Shown in pieces: positions 20,168 through 29,586 of a DNA stretch of 64,000 bases. The stretch is from NCBI GenBank assembly GCA_964550745.1, contig CAZKAO010000001.1:62299-126298 (forward strand), in the 5' to 3' direction. The DNA is from an uncultured Acetatifactor sp. (GTDB taxonomy: Bacteria; Bacillota; Clostridia; Lachnospirales; Lachnospiraceae). Within the stretch, counting starts at the first letter, position 1, and every line of letters starts with the position of its first letter. The notes below the pieces were generated by a model. That model saw only the letters and a list, made by a program, of their open reading frames with translations, had not been told where the DNA came from and searched no databases. A program made the position numbers and the translations under genes.

Positions 20168-21030
20168 GCCTCCTGCCTGCCCTTTCCTTTCTTTTTCCGC
20201 TTGTTTTTACCGGTGTCCTGGGACAGATTGGTCAGCTCCATCAGGCGATTTTTCAATCTCTCTCCGTCAAATCCCCGCTCCAGGCGTCCGCCCACAGTAA
20301 TACTGATCTTGCCGGTCTGTTCCGATACGATCACCGTGACGGAATCCGTCACTTCAGAGATGCCCACACCAGCTCTGTGCCTGGTGCCGACCTCCTTGCT
20401 GATATCCCCATTATCCGACTGCGGCAGATAACAGGTAGCCGAGGTAATCCGGTTGCCCCGGATGATAACCGCCCCGTCATGCAGCGGCGTATTATGTTCA
20501 AAAATATTGATCAGCAGCTGACTGGTTACCAGACCATCCACATCAATACCTGTTCTCTCATACTCTGCCAGGGACTCCTTCTGCTCAATGACAATCAGCG
20601 CCCCTGTTTTTACCTTGCCCATCTCCACACAGGCTCTGGTAATCTCATTCACAGTCTTTTCCGTAAAGCTGTTGTTAATACTCCTGCCATTGTCAAAGGG
20701 CAGCGCATTGGCAATCAGATTCTTGTTGCCCAGCTCCTCCAAGGCTTTTCGCAGCTCCGGCTGGAGTACCACGATCATGGCCGTGACGGCGAAACCAAAC
20801 ACATTCTCGCCCAGCCAGAGAATCGAATTCATCTTGAAGTAGGAGGCTGCAACCCAGAAAAGCAGTATCACAAGCAGGCCCTTGAGCAATGTCCAGGCCC
20901 TGGTTTTCTGAATCCACAGCATGATATGATAAAAGAGAAAAGCAATAATGATAATCTCCAGAATATCGCCGATCTCAATGCCGGGCACATACCTTCTTAA
21001 GTTTGCGATAATTTCCCTGATCGTTTCCAT
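20164..21030 (-). CDS. cdaA: Diadenylate cyclase CdaA/DacA
   Basis: 3 TMs, QPELR, TPLHDGA and GTRHRA catalytic motifs. Confidence 0.96.
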   Translation of the reverse strand: METIREIIANLRRYVPGIEIGDILEIIIIAFLFYHIMLWIQKTRAWTLLKGLLVILLFWVAASYFKMNSILWLGENVFGFAVTAMIVVLQPELRKALEELGNKNLIANALPFDNGRSINNSFTEKTVNEITRACVEMGKVKTGALIVIEQKESLAEYERTGIDVDGLVTSQLLINIFEHNTPLHDGAVIIRGNRITSATCYLPQSDNGDISKEVGTRHRAGVGISEVTDSVTVIVSEQTGKISITVGGRLERGFDGERLKNRLMELTNLSQDTGKNKRKKKGKGRQEA

Positions 21031-21092
21031 GCCTGCCCGTCCTGCTTACTCCATACTCCCTGCATACCCAAAATCCGGTCAAAGCCGGATTA

Positions 21093-22220
21093 TCAATCCA
21101 ACTCTTCAAGATCATCTACAGCATCGCCATCCGTCTCACTGCTGATAGTCACGCTCCTGCCGCCCGAACGCCCCTGATAAGATCTTGCATGACCGTCTCC
21201 GCTGCGGGTGCGCTCCGTCACCACACTTCTGTTCACTCTCGGGGGCGCAATGGTCATATCTTCATCCTCGTCCTCTTCCCTCCTGACAGGCCTGCGCTGA
21301 GTATTGATGCGCTTGACCGTCTTGGATGCGGCAGATACATTCATCTTGGGAACCGCCTTGACATAATAATAATATTCATCATCCTCATACTGTACCTTCT
21401 CCGTCCTGCTATAGTCCACGCAGAAGCGGAAAAATTCCAGAATCTTGGCGATAATCAGAGCTACGATACTGCCCAAAACTGCCATTCCCAGGGACAGATT
21501 GGTGTCATATATCAGATCTCCCACCAGCAGTACCACTAAATCTATTATTACGCCGGCAACCATGGCAATAGACCAGGAATAATCAACTGACATACGCCGA
21601 ATGAGATACACCACCACGATGGTGATGGCAAAAGCGGCAATCATCACGATCATGGCACGATTACCCAGAACGCTGTCTATGACCATCTGCAGCTTGGCTG
21701 TCGCCTCATCCGAACCCATACTGCTGATTATAGTGGCATTGTCGGAAATATTAGTCAGCATATAGTATACCACTATGCCGCATGCCACAGGGATCACCGC
21801 CATGGGAGCCGCCAGCAGACCCACCGCCACAGGGATCACATAGGGGATCTTCAATCCCAGCAGTATCACTGTAAAGATCAGAATCACTGAATCCGTAGAT
21901 CCCAGCCGAAAAAACAGCAAAAACATGATCAGGTAGATAGCCAGTCCCGCCACGGCCACCTCCAGAGACAATTCATACAGGTGCATCAGGCTGAAAATTG
22001 CGGCAAATAAGATGATGCAGCCATTGGGCAAAAAGGAGCAGAGCAGGGAGACAATCAGTACCAGTCCCAGATTGTCCAGTCTGCCCATATAGCCCAGCTC
22101 CCCATTTACCATGCAGATGGCAAGGAACGCCAGCATAAATTTCAAAATGGGCACCAGAATAAATTCACTTCTGCTGTACAACAGCTTTATTTTTTCACGA
22201 ATCTCTAACAAACTTCTCAT
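21093..22220 (-). CDS. Hypothetical polytopic membrane protein
   Basis: About 9-10 TMs; C-terminal RTEKVQYEDDEYYYYVKAVPK then a charged tail; SD GAGG. Confidence 0.75.
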   Translation of the reverse strand: MRSLLEIREKIKLLYSRSEFILVPILKFMLAFLAICMVNGELGYMGRLDNLGLVLIVSLLCSFLPNGCIILFAAIFSLMHLYELSLEVAVAGLAIYLIMFLLFFRLGSTDSVILIFTVILLGLKIPYVIPVAVGLLAAPMAVIPVACGIVVYYMLTNISDNATIISSMGSDEATAKLQMVIDSVLGNRAMIVMIAAFAITIVVVYLIRRMSVDYSWSIAMVAGVIIDLVVLLVGDLIYDTNLSLGMAVLGSIVALIIAKILEFFRFCVDYSRTEKVQYEDDEYYYYVKAVPKMNVSAASKTVKRINTQRRPVRREEDEDEDMTIAPPRVNRSVVTERTRSGDGHARSYQGRSGGRSVTISSETDGDAVDDLEELD

Positions 22221-22251
22221 AATTCCTCATTTATTCTTTCTACAATTTATA

Positions 22252-22638
22252 TCACTTTCGATACATGCCATCCAGCTTCTTCAGGTTATGGTAATAACAC
22301 TTCAGGCTTTTTTTGGCTTTTGCATAGCGGTATGTGCAGATAGCGTAAGTAAGCACACAGTAACCGACCACAAGAATAGCATACCATGTTACAACGTTCT
22401 GGGCAAAGACGATCAGATCCATCTTATAGATATTGGCTATCAGCGTCTCAAAGTCGTATAGTATATACAACCCGAATCCCAGCAGATATGCAATGGTGCC
22501 GCAGAAAAATGCGCGCAAAAGCTGCAGGGAAATATAATCTCCCCTGAAGTATCGTCCCAATGACATACTCTTCTTGCCCTCGCCAGCTTCATACGAGGCC
22601 ATCTTGGTCATCAATATCACTCGTTCTTCGTTCAGCAT
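22252..22638 (-). CDS. Hypothetical 2-TM membrane protein
   Basis: 128-aa ORF in operon context with two hydrophobic segments. Confidence 0.7.
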   Translation of the reverse strand: MLNEERVILMTKMASYEAGEGKKSMSLGRYFRGDYISLQLLRAFFCGTIAYLLGFGLYILYDFETLIANIYKMDLIVFAQNVVTWYAILVVGYCVLTYAICTYRYAKAKKSLKCYYHNLKKLDGMYRK

Positions 22639-22662
22639 AGACAGCTTGCCTTTCTCCTGTTA

Positions 22663-23070
22663 TTACAGGAAACGCATTTTCGACCCGCCGTCTTCCTTTT
22701 TTCTGAAAGTATCCTGATTCTGGCGGGAATTACTCTTTAGTATATCCTTAAAACCGTTACTTACATTCGCCTTACACTTATCGCAGTATCTTCCGCTGCG
22801 GATTGGCGCACCACAGCCGTCACAACTCAGCATAAGCGGCGATCCCTCTGTCAGCTCCAGCCGCTCCTCACGAAGCCACTGCCGGATCTGCGCTGTCTCC
22901 ACCTCGCAGGAATCCGCCACCTCCTGAATATGTACGCCCGGATTCTCCTGAATAAAGGCTTTTACCTCCTGAAACTTCTCCTCCATCTTGTCTCTGCATG
23001 TGGGGCAGTAAACTGGCCCTGACAGATAGTTAAATAACCTTTTACAAATCTTACAGCTTCTGACATTCAT
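22663..23070 (-). CDS. Flagellar operon protein, YvyF/TIGR03826-like
   Basis: CxxC...CxxC, IRQWLREERL, CDGCGAPIRSGRYCDKC; downstream of comF. Confidence 0.85.
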   Translation of the reverse strand: MNVRSCKICKRLFNYLSGPVYCPTCRDKMEEKFQEVKAFIQENPGVHIQEVADSCEVETAQIRQWLREERLELTEGSPLMLSCDGCGAPIRSGRYCDKCKANVSNGFKDILKSNSRQNQDTFRKKEDGGSKMRFL

Positions 23071-23088
23071 TCATGTGCCCTCCCTTTT

Positions 23089-23826
23089 CTATACACCAGT
23101 TCCAATCGCCAGAGCAATATAATATATCCTCTGACCGCCACCGGCCAGAAGCACGGCAGAAACCTGATCCACAGTACTCCCGGTAGTGTAAATGTCATCT
23201 ATCAGTATAATTGTCTTTAATTTTACACCATTTTGACCAAGATTAAAAGCCTTTTTCAAATTATTTAATCTTTCTTCAGAATTTAGTTCTTTTAAAGGCT
23301 TTGTATTCCTGTTTCTGACCACCAGACCGGTATATACAGGAATGCCCAGTTCCTGCCCCAGAGCCTTGGCCAGAAGCTCTGCCTGATTGTAACCCCGTCG
23401 GCGCTGTTTCGCCGGGTACATGGGGATGGGCACCAGACCGTCGGGAGCAAGTGAGCGGATGTAGTCGCCCAGCTGCCGCGCCAGTTCCCGGGCAAAAAAG
23501 GAGGCATACTCCCTGCGCCCGCCGTATTTGAACCGATACAATGCCGGCGCAATATCCTCATATTCGTAGAGCGCCCGTCCTGCAGTAAACAGATGGCGGC
23601 CCCGCTTGCAATCTCCGCAGAATTCCGCCTCGCAGTCGGAAAGCTTCTTGCCGCACTGAAAACAGAGCGGTCCCGACAGATAGTGTACCCGTCGCCTGCA
23701 GGCTGGACACATGCGCTGTCCGCCAGTGCCCAGCAGCTCGTCGCAAATTGGGCATCTTGCCGGGTACAGCAGTATACCTGCCGTCTCCAGCCATCCGGCA
23801 ATTTTTTCCTTTATTCTCCGCTCCAA
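23089..23826 (-). CDS. comF: ComF-family (ComFC) phosphoribosyltransferase-like protein
   Basis: Double zinc ribbon, RRRGYNQAELLA, ILIDDIYTTGST. Confidence 0.93.
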   Translation of the reverse strand: MERRIKEKIAGWLETAGILLYPARCPICDELLGTGGQRMCPACRRRVHYLSGPLCFQCGKKLSDCEAEFCGDCKRGRHLFTAGRALYEYEDIAPALYRFKYGGRREYASFFARELARQLGDYIRSLAPDGLVPIPMYPAKQRRRGYNQAELLAKALGQELGIPVYTGLVVRNRNTKPLKELNSEERLNNLKKAFNLGQNGVKLKTIILIDDIYTTGSTVDQVSAVLLAGGGQRIYYIALAIGTGV

Positions 23827-26030
23827 GCCGTCTCCTCCCTGATCCGCTGATCCAGCGAGGTGTAGCGCCGATTCTCGCTGACATTGTCAATCATACTGCG
23901 CACTGTCTGGCTGCTGCCCAGAATCGTCACGCAGTTCCTCGCCCGGGTGACCCCGGTATACAGAAGATTGCGATTAAACAGCATCCTGGGACCGGTCAGC
24001 AATGGCAGAATCACCGCTGGATACTCGCTGCCCTGAGACTTGTGAATCGTGATGGCATAAGACAACTCCAGCTCTTCCAGCAGTGAAAACGGATATGTCA
24101 CCCGCCTGCCCTCATCAAATTCCACTACCAGCTCCGAGCTGTTCTCACGAATCTCCAGTATCTGCCCCATATCCCCGTTAAACACGCCCATCCCCTTGTC
24201 CACAGGGATGCCATAGCGGCTGACAATCTCCCATTCCAGCTGATAATTGTTACGCACCTGCATAACCTTATCCCCCTCACGGTAGACGGTCTCCCCGGAC
24301 ACATGCTCCCGCTTGCTGTCGTCCGGGGGATTCAGATACTGCTGCAGAATTCCGTTGAGGATCTCCACGCCCAGACTGCCCTTCCGCATAGGTGTCAGTA
24401 CCTGGATATCATAGGGGGTAGCATGAACATAGGGCGGCAGTTTTTCCCGGATCAGCTGGATCATATGCTTATAAATCACATTCACATCACTGCGCTCCAA
24501 CAGAAAAAAATCTTTGCTCTTGTTGTCCAAAGCAATCTGCTCCCCACGGTTAATGTGATGGGCATTGACAACAATGTCGCTTTCTCCTGCCTGTCGAAAT
24601 ATCTTCTGCAGCACCACCATGGGAAAGGCCTGCGCCTGCATGATATCCCGCAGCACCTGTCCGGGTCCTACGCTGGGCAGCTGGTCCACATCCCCCACCA
24701 GAATCAGTCTGGTGCCCGGCATTATCGCTTTCAACAAGGCCTGAAACAGGGGCAGATCCACCATGGACATCTCGTCTATGATAACCACATCCGCCTCCAG
24801 CGGATTCTCCTCGTTTTTTTCAAAACGTATATGTCTCTTGTCCTCATCGGATACAGCGCCGTTTAACTCTAACATCCGGTGAATCGTGCGAGCCTCAAAG
24901 TCAGTTGCCTCCGTCATGCGCTTGGCGGCTCTGCCCGTAGGAGCCGCTAGGAAAATATCATAGCCCTCCCGCTCAAAAAAGCGGATGATGGTGTTGATCG
25001 TGGTAGTCTTGCCGGTACCGGGACCTCCGGAGAGGATAAACAGGCCATTCTGAATGGCCTCCAGCACCGCCTGATACTGCAATTCATCCAATACTATCCC
25101 GATCTCTCCGGTGATCGTCTTAAGCGCCTGCCGTATATGCTCTTCCTCCTGCGGCATGGGAATATCCAACTGGCGGAGCATGTGGGCACAATTTAACTCC
25201 GCATAGTAGTAGCTGGCGGCATAGACCAGCTCGCCCTTGATCACCAGTTTTTTGTCCATCGCCAGATTGTCCAGCTGGGGACGGATATGCTCCTGAGCCA
25301 GCCCCAGCAGTGTGCCCGCGCGTTCCAGCAGGAGCGGCATCGGCAGGTAACAATGACCCTCACCCACCGCCTGCTGCAGCGTGTAAAGCACGCCGCTTCG
25401 TATCCGATAGTCCGAATCCGTGTGAATACCGATCCGAGCGGCAATCTCGTCCGCAATCCTGAAGCCGATACCATGGATATCCTCCGCCAGACGGTAGGGA
25501 TTCTCTTTCATGATACCATAGAGCGCCATGCCATAGTTGTCATAGATCCGCAGCGCCAGAGTATTGGAGATACCAAACTGCTGCAGATAGATAAGGGCAT
25601 CACGCAGATCTCTCTTCTCCTCCATCTGCCTGGCGATCTCTCTCGCCTTGCTCTGGCTGATACCCTTGACCTCCGCCAGACGCTCCGGCTCCTCCTCAAT
25701 GATCCGAAATGTATCATCGCCAAATTTTTTGACAATACGTGAGGCCAGAGCCGCCCCGATGCCCTTGATGGCCCCGGAACCCAGATATCGCTCCATACTC
25801 ACCCTGTCTCTGGGAGCCACCGTGTGATAGGCGCTGATCTTAAACTGTCTGCCGTACATGGGATGCTCCGCATATTCCCCTGTTGCCTCGATGGTCTCCC
25901 CCTCTGAGAGTCCCCGGCAAAAGCCCACACAGGTGATATTAATTTCTTCTCCCGCCACTTCCATGACGGTGTACCCGTTCTCCGGGTTCTGATAGATAAT
26001 GTGTTCCACATATCCGTTGATTGTTTCCAT
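23811..26030 (-). CDS. recD2: ATP-dependent RecD2-like DNA helicase
   Basis: HhH region IKGIG, GGPGTGKT, IIDEMSM, GDVDQLPSVGPG, TIHKSQGSE. Confidence 0.96.
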   Translation of the reverse strand: METINGYVEHIIYQNPENGYTVMEVAGEEINITCVGFCRGLSEGETIEATGEYAEHPMYGRQFKISAYHTVAPRDRVSMERYLGSGAIKGIGAALASRIVKKFGDDTFRIIEEEPERLAEVKGISQSKAREIARQMEEKRDLRDALIYLQQFGISNTLALRIYDNYGMALYGIMKENPYRLAEDIHGIGFRIADEIAARIGIHTDSDYRIRSGVLYTLQQAVGEGHCYLPMPLLLERAGTLLGLAQEHIRPQLDNLAMDKKLVIKGELVYAASYYYAELNCAHMLRQLDIPMPQEEEHIRQALKTITGEIGIVLDELQYQAVLEAIQNGLFILSGGPGTGKTTTINTIIRFFEREGYDIFLAAPTGRAAKRMTEATDFEARTIHRMLELNGAVSDEDKRHIRFEKNEENPLEADVVIIDEMSMVDLPLFQALLKAIMPGTRLILVGDVDQLPSVGPGQVLRDIMQAQAFPMVVLQKIFRQAGESDIVVNAHHINRGEQIALDNKSKDFFLLERSDVNVIYKHMIQLIREKLPPYVHATPYDIQVLTPMRKGSLGVEILNGILQQYLNPPDDSKREHVSGETVYREGDKVMQVRNNYQLEWEIVSRYGIPVDKGMGVFNGDMGQILEIRENSSELVVEFDEGRRVTYPFSLLEELELSYAITIHKSQGSEYPAVILPLLTGPRMLFNRNLLYTGVTRARNCVTILGSSQTVRSMIDNVSENRRYTSLDQRIREETAWSGE

Positions 26031-26053
26031 AGCCAGTCTTGTCCCTTTATCGC

Positions 26054-26084
26054 AAAAAAGGCTGCCTTTTTGATCAGCAGCCTT
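26054..26084 (-). terminator. Intrinsic terminator after flgJ
   Basis: AAGGCTGC...GCAGCCTT stem followed on the minus strand by a T tract. Confidence 0.65.
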
Positions 26085-26089
26085 GGTTG

Positions 26090-26449
26090 TTACTCCATAT
26101 TTCTCTTCATTTGTTCATACAACATCTGCGCCAGACCCAGACTGTTCTGCTCCGTGGAATCCTCCGCTACCTTCTGGACCATCTGCTCCTTATAGTAGTC
26201 CATCAGCGAACTGCTGGAGCCTGACATGCCGTCTGTACTGTAACTGGGAACCGTCTTCTGCATGGCCTTAAACATCTGTTCCAGAAAATATGCCTCAAAC
26301 TGTTTACAGGCATTCATCAGTTCATCGTCGGTAGCGCCTTTATATCCTGTTTTCAGCTGGTCCTCCAGCTTTGACGCGGCGGCGTTATTGGCCGTCATGT
26401 TAGTCATGTTGTTTATACTGCTAGTGTTCCATAAATTTCCGATATCCAT
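26090..26449 (-). CDS. flgJ: FlgJ-like rod-binding protein (no muramidase domain)
   Basis: ACKQFEAYFLEQMFKAMQKTVP...LGLAQMLYEQM. Confidence 0.85.
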   Translation of the reverse strand: MDIGNLWNTSSINNMTNMTANNAAASKLEDQLKTGYKGATDDELMNACKQFEAYFLEQMFKAMQKTVPSYSTDGMSGSSSSLMDYYKEQMVQKVAEDSTEQNSLGLAQMLYEQMKRNME

Positions 26450-26483
26450 TGTCTAAGTTCTCCTGATTTGAGTTCCACCTTTG

Positions 26484-27302
26484 TTATCTTCTCAGATTGT
26501 TTGCCTGCTGCAGCATCTCGTCGGATGCGATGATCGCCTTGGAATTCATCTCATAGGCACGCTGAGCCGTGATCATATTCACCATCTCATCTACCACCTG
26601 CACGCCGGAGCCCTCCAGATAATTCTGAAGCACCCTGCTCTTCTCCACGGCGTTGCTGGTAAACTCATTGATGGGCTGGCCGCTGGCTGCGGATTCCGCA
26701 TACAGGGTCTCGTCCATACGATCCAAACCTGCCGGATTGTTGAACTGGGTCAGGCCGATCTGAATGCCCAGCGACTGGGGAACGTTCCTCTCATCCGGAT
26801 AGCATATCTGTCCATCAGCCGTAACGGTTATATTGCTGACCACATAGTTGCTGTTTAGGGCTATCGGTCTCCCCTGGGTATCCAGCACTGGCAGGCCGTC
26901 CGAGGTGGTCAGCATGTTGCTGCCATTGTCGCCCAGCGCCCAGTCAAAATTACCATTTCTGGTATAGTATGTGTTGCCATCTCCACCCTGCACGGCAAAA
27001 AAACCTTTTCCGTCAATGGCAAAGGAGGTATCCTTCTCCGAGGATAATAATGGTCCCTGCTTATATAGAGATGTGATGGAGGCATTGCGCACACCCAGAC
27101 CTACCTGGGCGCTGGTGGGCTTGGGCCTTCCGTCCGCCGTGGTCGTCTTCCTCTGCAGATTCTGATACAGAAGGGACTTGAATTCATTTACCTCTGTCTT
27201 GTATCCCGTAGTGTTTACATTAGCCAGATTATTGGCGACCGTGTCAATATTTATCTGTTGAGCGATCATACCGGTCGCTGCTGTCCATAAACTCCGAACC
27301 AT
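26484..27302 (-). CDS. flgG: Flagellar basal-body rod protein FlgG (FlhP-like)
   Basis: ANNLANVNTTGYK, YTRNG, QRAYEMNSK. Confidence 0.92.
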   Translation of the reverse strand: MVRSLWTAATGMIAQQINIDTVANNLANVNTTGYKTEVNEFKSLLYQNLQRKTTTADGRPKPTSAQVGLGVRNASITSLYKQGPLLSSEKDTSFAIDGKGFFAVQGGDGNTYYTRNGNFDWALGDNGSNMLTTSDGLPVLDTQGRPIALNSNYVVSNITVTADGQICYPDERNVPQSLGIQIGLTQFNNPAGLDRMDETLYAESAASGQPINEFTSNAVEKSRVLQNYLEGSGVQVVDEMVNMITAQRAYEMNSKAIIASDEMLQQANNLRR

Positions 27303-27406
27303 ATCCTCTTCTCCTGTCCCTGCAGTCCGTACCCCCTGCGGGCCACACTGCAGTCTCTGTCATTTTTACTATGTACATTGTCAAAAAACTACCTGTTCAG
27401 TGTCAT

Positions 27407-28186
27407 CTATTGAATCCTGCCCAACTGATTCACCGCGATATCCAGACTCTCATCGTAGGTCTGTACGATCTTCTGATTACTCTCATAGGCTCTGGTCACA
27501 CTGATCATATTGACCATCTCCGTGACTACGGACATATTGGACATCTCCAGCACGCCCGACTTCACTTCCGCTGTGCCGTCTATAAGAGTAGCTCCCTCAA
27601 CAGGCTGGAAAAAGGTGTCTCCGAATTTCTTCAGGTAATCATAATTCTGGAAGTCGGCCACCTGAATCTGTGCCACCTCTCTGCCCTCCTGATAGATTGT
27701 GCCTGTGTCATCTATTTCGGTATCCACCAGGGTGTTCACCTGTATCCGGCGGTTCTGGGTATCCAACACATACATACCGTCATTGTTCACCAAATAGCCG
27801 TCCTGAGTCAGGGTAAAATCGCCTGCACGAGTATATTTCGTGGAAGTCTCCCCAGCGCTGTCGGTATACTCCAAAGCAAAGAAACCGCTGCCCGACAATG
27901 CCAAATCATAGGTATTATCCGTAATCCGGAAAGACCCCTGGGTATAATCCGTATAATTCTCGCCGATCTTCACGCCCAGACGGTTATGGCCGATGGCCTG
28001 TATATTGCCCAGACCCACGGAGGAATCCTTGATCTTCACCGCCAGCACATCCCGAAAAGTCTGACTGGTGGCACCTTCCTTTTTAAATCCCACCGTAGTC
28101 GCATTAGCCAGGTTGTTTGTCAGTATATCCATACGGTTCTGCTCATTGCGAAGCCCCGTATGCGCTGTGTATAACCCTCTCAGCAT
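27407..28186 (-). CDS. Flagellar hook-basal body rod protein FlgF/FlhO-like
   Basis: NNLANATTVGFK, YTRAGDF, LEMSN, RAYESNQK. Confidence 0.9.
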   Translation of the reverse strand: MLRGLYTAHTGLRNEQNRMDILTNNLANATTVGFKKEGATSQTFRDVLAVKIKDSSVGLGNIQAIGHNRLGVKIGENYTDYTQGSFRITDNTYDLALSGSGFFALEYTDSAGETSTKYTRAGDFTLTQDGYLVNNDGMYVLDTQNRRIQVNTLVDTEIDDTGTIYQEGREVAQIQVADFQNYDYLKKFGDTFFQPVEGATLIDGTAEVKSGVLEMSNMSVVTEMVNMISVTRAYESNQKIVQTYDESLDIAVNQLGRIQ

Positions 28187-28231
28187 ACTCCTGTCTCCTT
28201 TTTCCTTATGTTCCCCTTGTCTGTTCCAGAT

Positions 28232-28327
28232 GAAAAATGCCGTATTTATGGCATTTTTCGAGTGTTAGATTAGTACTTCTTTGCGAAATGCCCTCTGGCA
28301 TGAGCAATTAGTAGTTCTTCTAACACT
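28232..28327 (-). promoter_or_regulatory. Candidate attenuator RNA (pseudo-symmetric hairpin plus terminator-like hairpin)
   Basis: 9-bp IR 28261-28269/28319-28327, 13-mer direct repeat, nested stems, 10-bp IR 28232-28241/28250-28259. Confidence 0.5.
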
Positions 28328-29315
28328 AGTCTTCCCGATAGCCCGCCAGGAATTCCACATATTTGCCGGTGCCGATAGCCACCGCTGTCATCGGATCCTC
28401 TGCGGTCATGGTATTGATTCCTGTCTTGGCGGAAATCAGATCCTCCAAGCCCCGCAGCAGACTGCCGCCGCCCGTCAGCACGATACCCCTGTCGGCAATA
28501 TCCGCCGCCAGTTCAGGAGGAATCTTCTCCAATACACCGTGAATCGTCTCCACGATCTGCGCCGTAGTCTCCCGAAGCGCTTCCTCAGTCTCCTCTGAAG
28601 ATACCTTCACCGTCTTGGGCAGACCTGTCACCAGATTGCGCCCCCTGACGTCCATATAGTCAACTTCCGGCCTCTTGTAAGCGGAGCCGATCTTGATCTT
28701 CAGATCCTCGGCGGTGCGCTCACCGATCAGCAGGTTATGCTTCTTACGCATATAGCGGACAATGGCCTCGTCAAAATCGTCTCCTGCAATCTTGATGGAG
28801 GCGCTGACCACAGTGCCCCCCAGGGAGATCACTGCAATATCGGAGGTTCCGCCGCCGATATCCACGATCATATTGCCGCAGGGCTTGGCTATATCAATAC
28901 CTGCACCGATGGCCGCCGCTATGGGCTCCTCGATGATAAACACCTCTCTGGCGCCCGCCTGATAGGTGGCATCCTCCACAGCCTTCTTCTCCACCTCGGT
29001 CACGCCGCTGGGAACACAGACAGCGATGCGGGGCTTCCGGAACGTCTTCTTGCCCAGAGCCTTCTGGATGAAATACTTCATCATCTTCTCTGTAACGGTA
29101 TAATTCGAAATCACACCCTGCCGCAGCGGTCTCACCGCCACGATATTGCCGGGAGTACGCCCTAACATCAGCCTGGCATCCTCACCGATAGCCTTTATCT
29201 TATTGGTATCTCTATCAAAAGCTACAACAGAGGGCTCTTTCAGGACAACTCCCTTTCCTCTGATATAAACCAAAATACTGGCGGTACCCAAATCAATTCC
29301 GATGTCTGTATACAT
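28326..29315 (-). CDS. mreB: Rod shape-determining actin homologue (Mbl/MreB)
   Basis: GIDLGT, EPSVVA, VDIGGGT, LTGGG; position upstream of flgF/G suggests the mbl paralogue. Confidence 0.93.
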   Translation of the reverse strand: MYTDIGIDLGTASILVYIRGKGVVLKEPSVVAFDRDTNKIKAIGEDARLMLGRTPGNIVAVRPLRQGVISNYTVTEKMMKYFIQKALGKKTFRKPRIAVCVPSGVTEVEKKAVEDATYQAGAREVFIIEEPIAAAIGAGIDIAKPCGNMIVDIGGGTSDIAVISLGGTVVSASIKIAGDDFDEAIVRYMRKKHNLLIGERTAEDLKIKIGSAYKRPEVDYMDVRGRNLVTGLPKTVKVSSEETEEALRETTAQIVETIHGVLEKIPPELAADIADRGIVLTGGGSLLRGLEDLISAKTGINTMTAEDPMTAVAIGTGKYVEFLAGYRED

Positions 29316-29505
29316 ATACTACTACCCCTTTCATGGTATATCGAGTAAAATGTGCACTGAAGCGCACAAAATCGTGGTAACTATGATAATGTTTCCACAT
29401 TTTCTGAAAATAATCATCTCATCTTCAGACGCACAGCGTCACCGTACATTATACATGAAAACTTTATTTTTTCAAAGGGGTTTAGTAAAATTTAATAAAT
29501 TTTTG

Positions 29506-29547
29506 AATGCGGAAAATGAACGGTTCCTTCCGTTCTCTTTCCGCATC
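29506..29547. terminator. Hairpin downstream of uvrA
   Basis: ATGCGGAAA-ATGAACGG-TTCCTT-CCGTTC-TC-TTTCCGCAT. Confidence 0.55.
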
Positions 29548-29586
29548 CTTGCATTCTATTTTTATATCGGCTGTTTCAGAGGGAAA

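Noticed and set aside
20164-21030. CdaA YLPQS instead of the usual YLPLS
   Set aside because: DGA and RHR catalytic motifs are intact; a single substitution is not interpretable by eye
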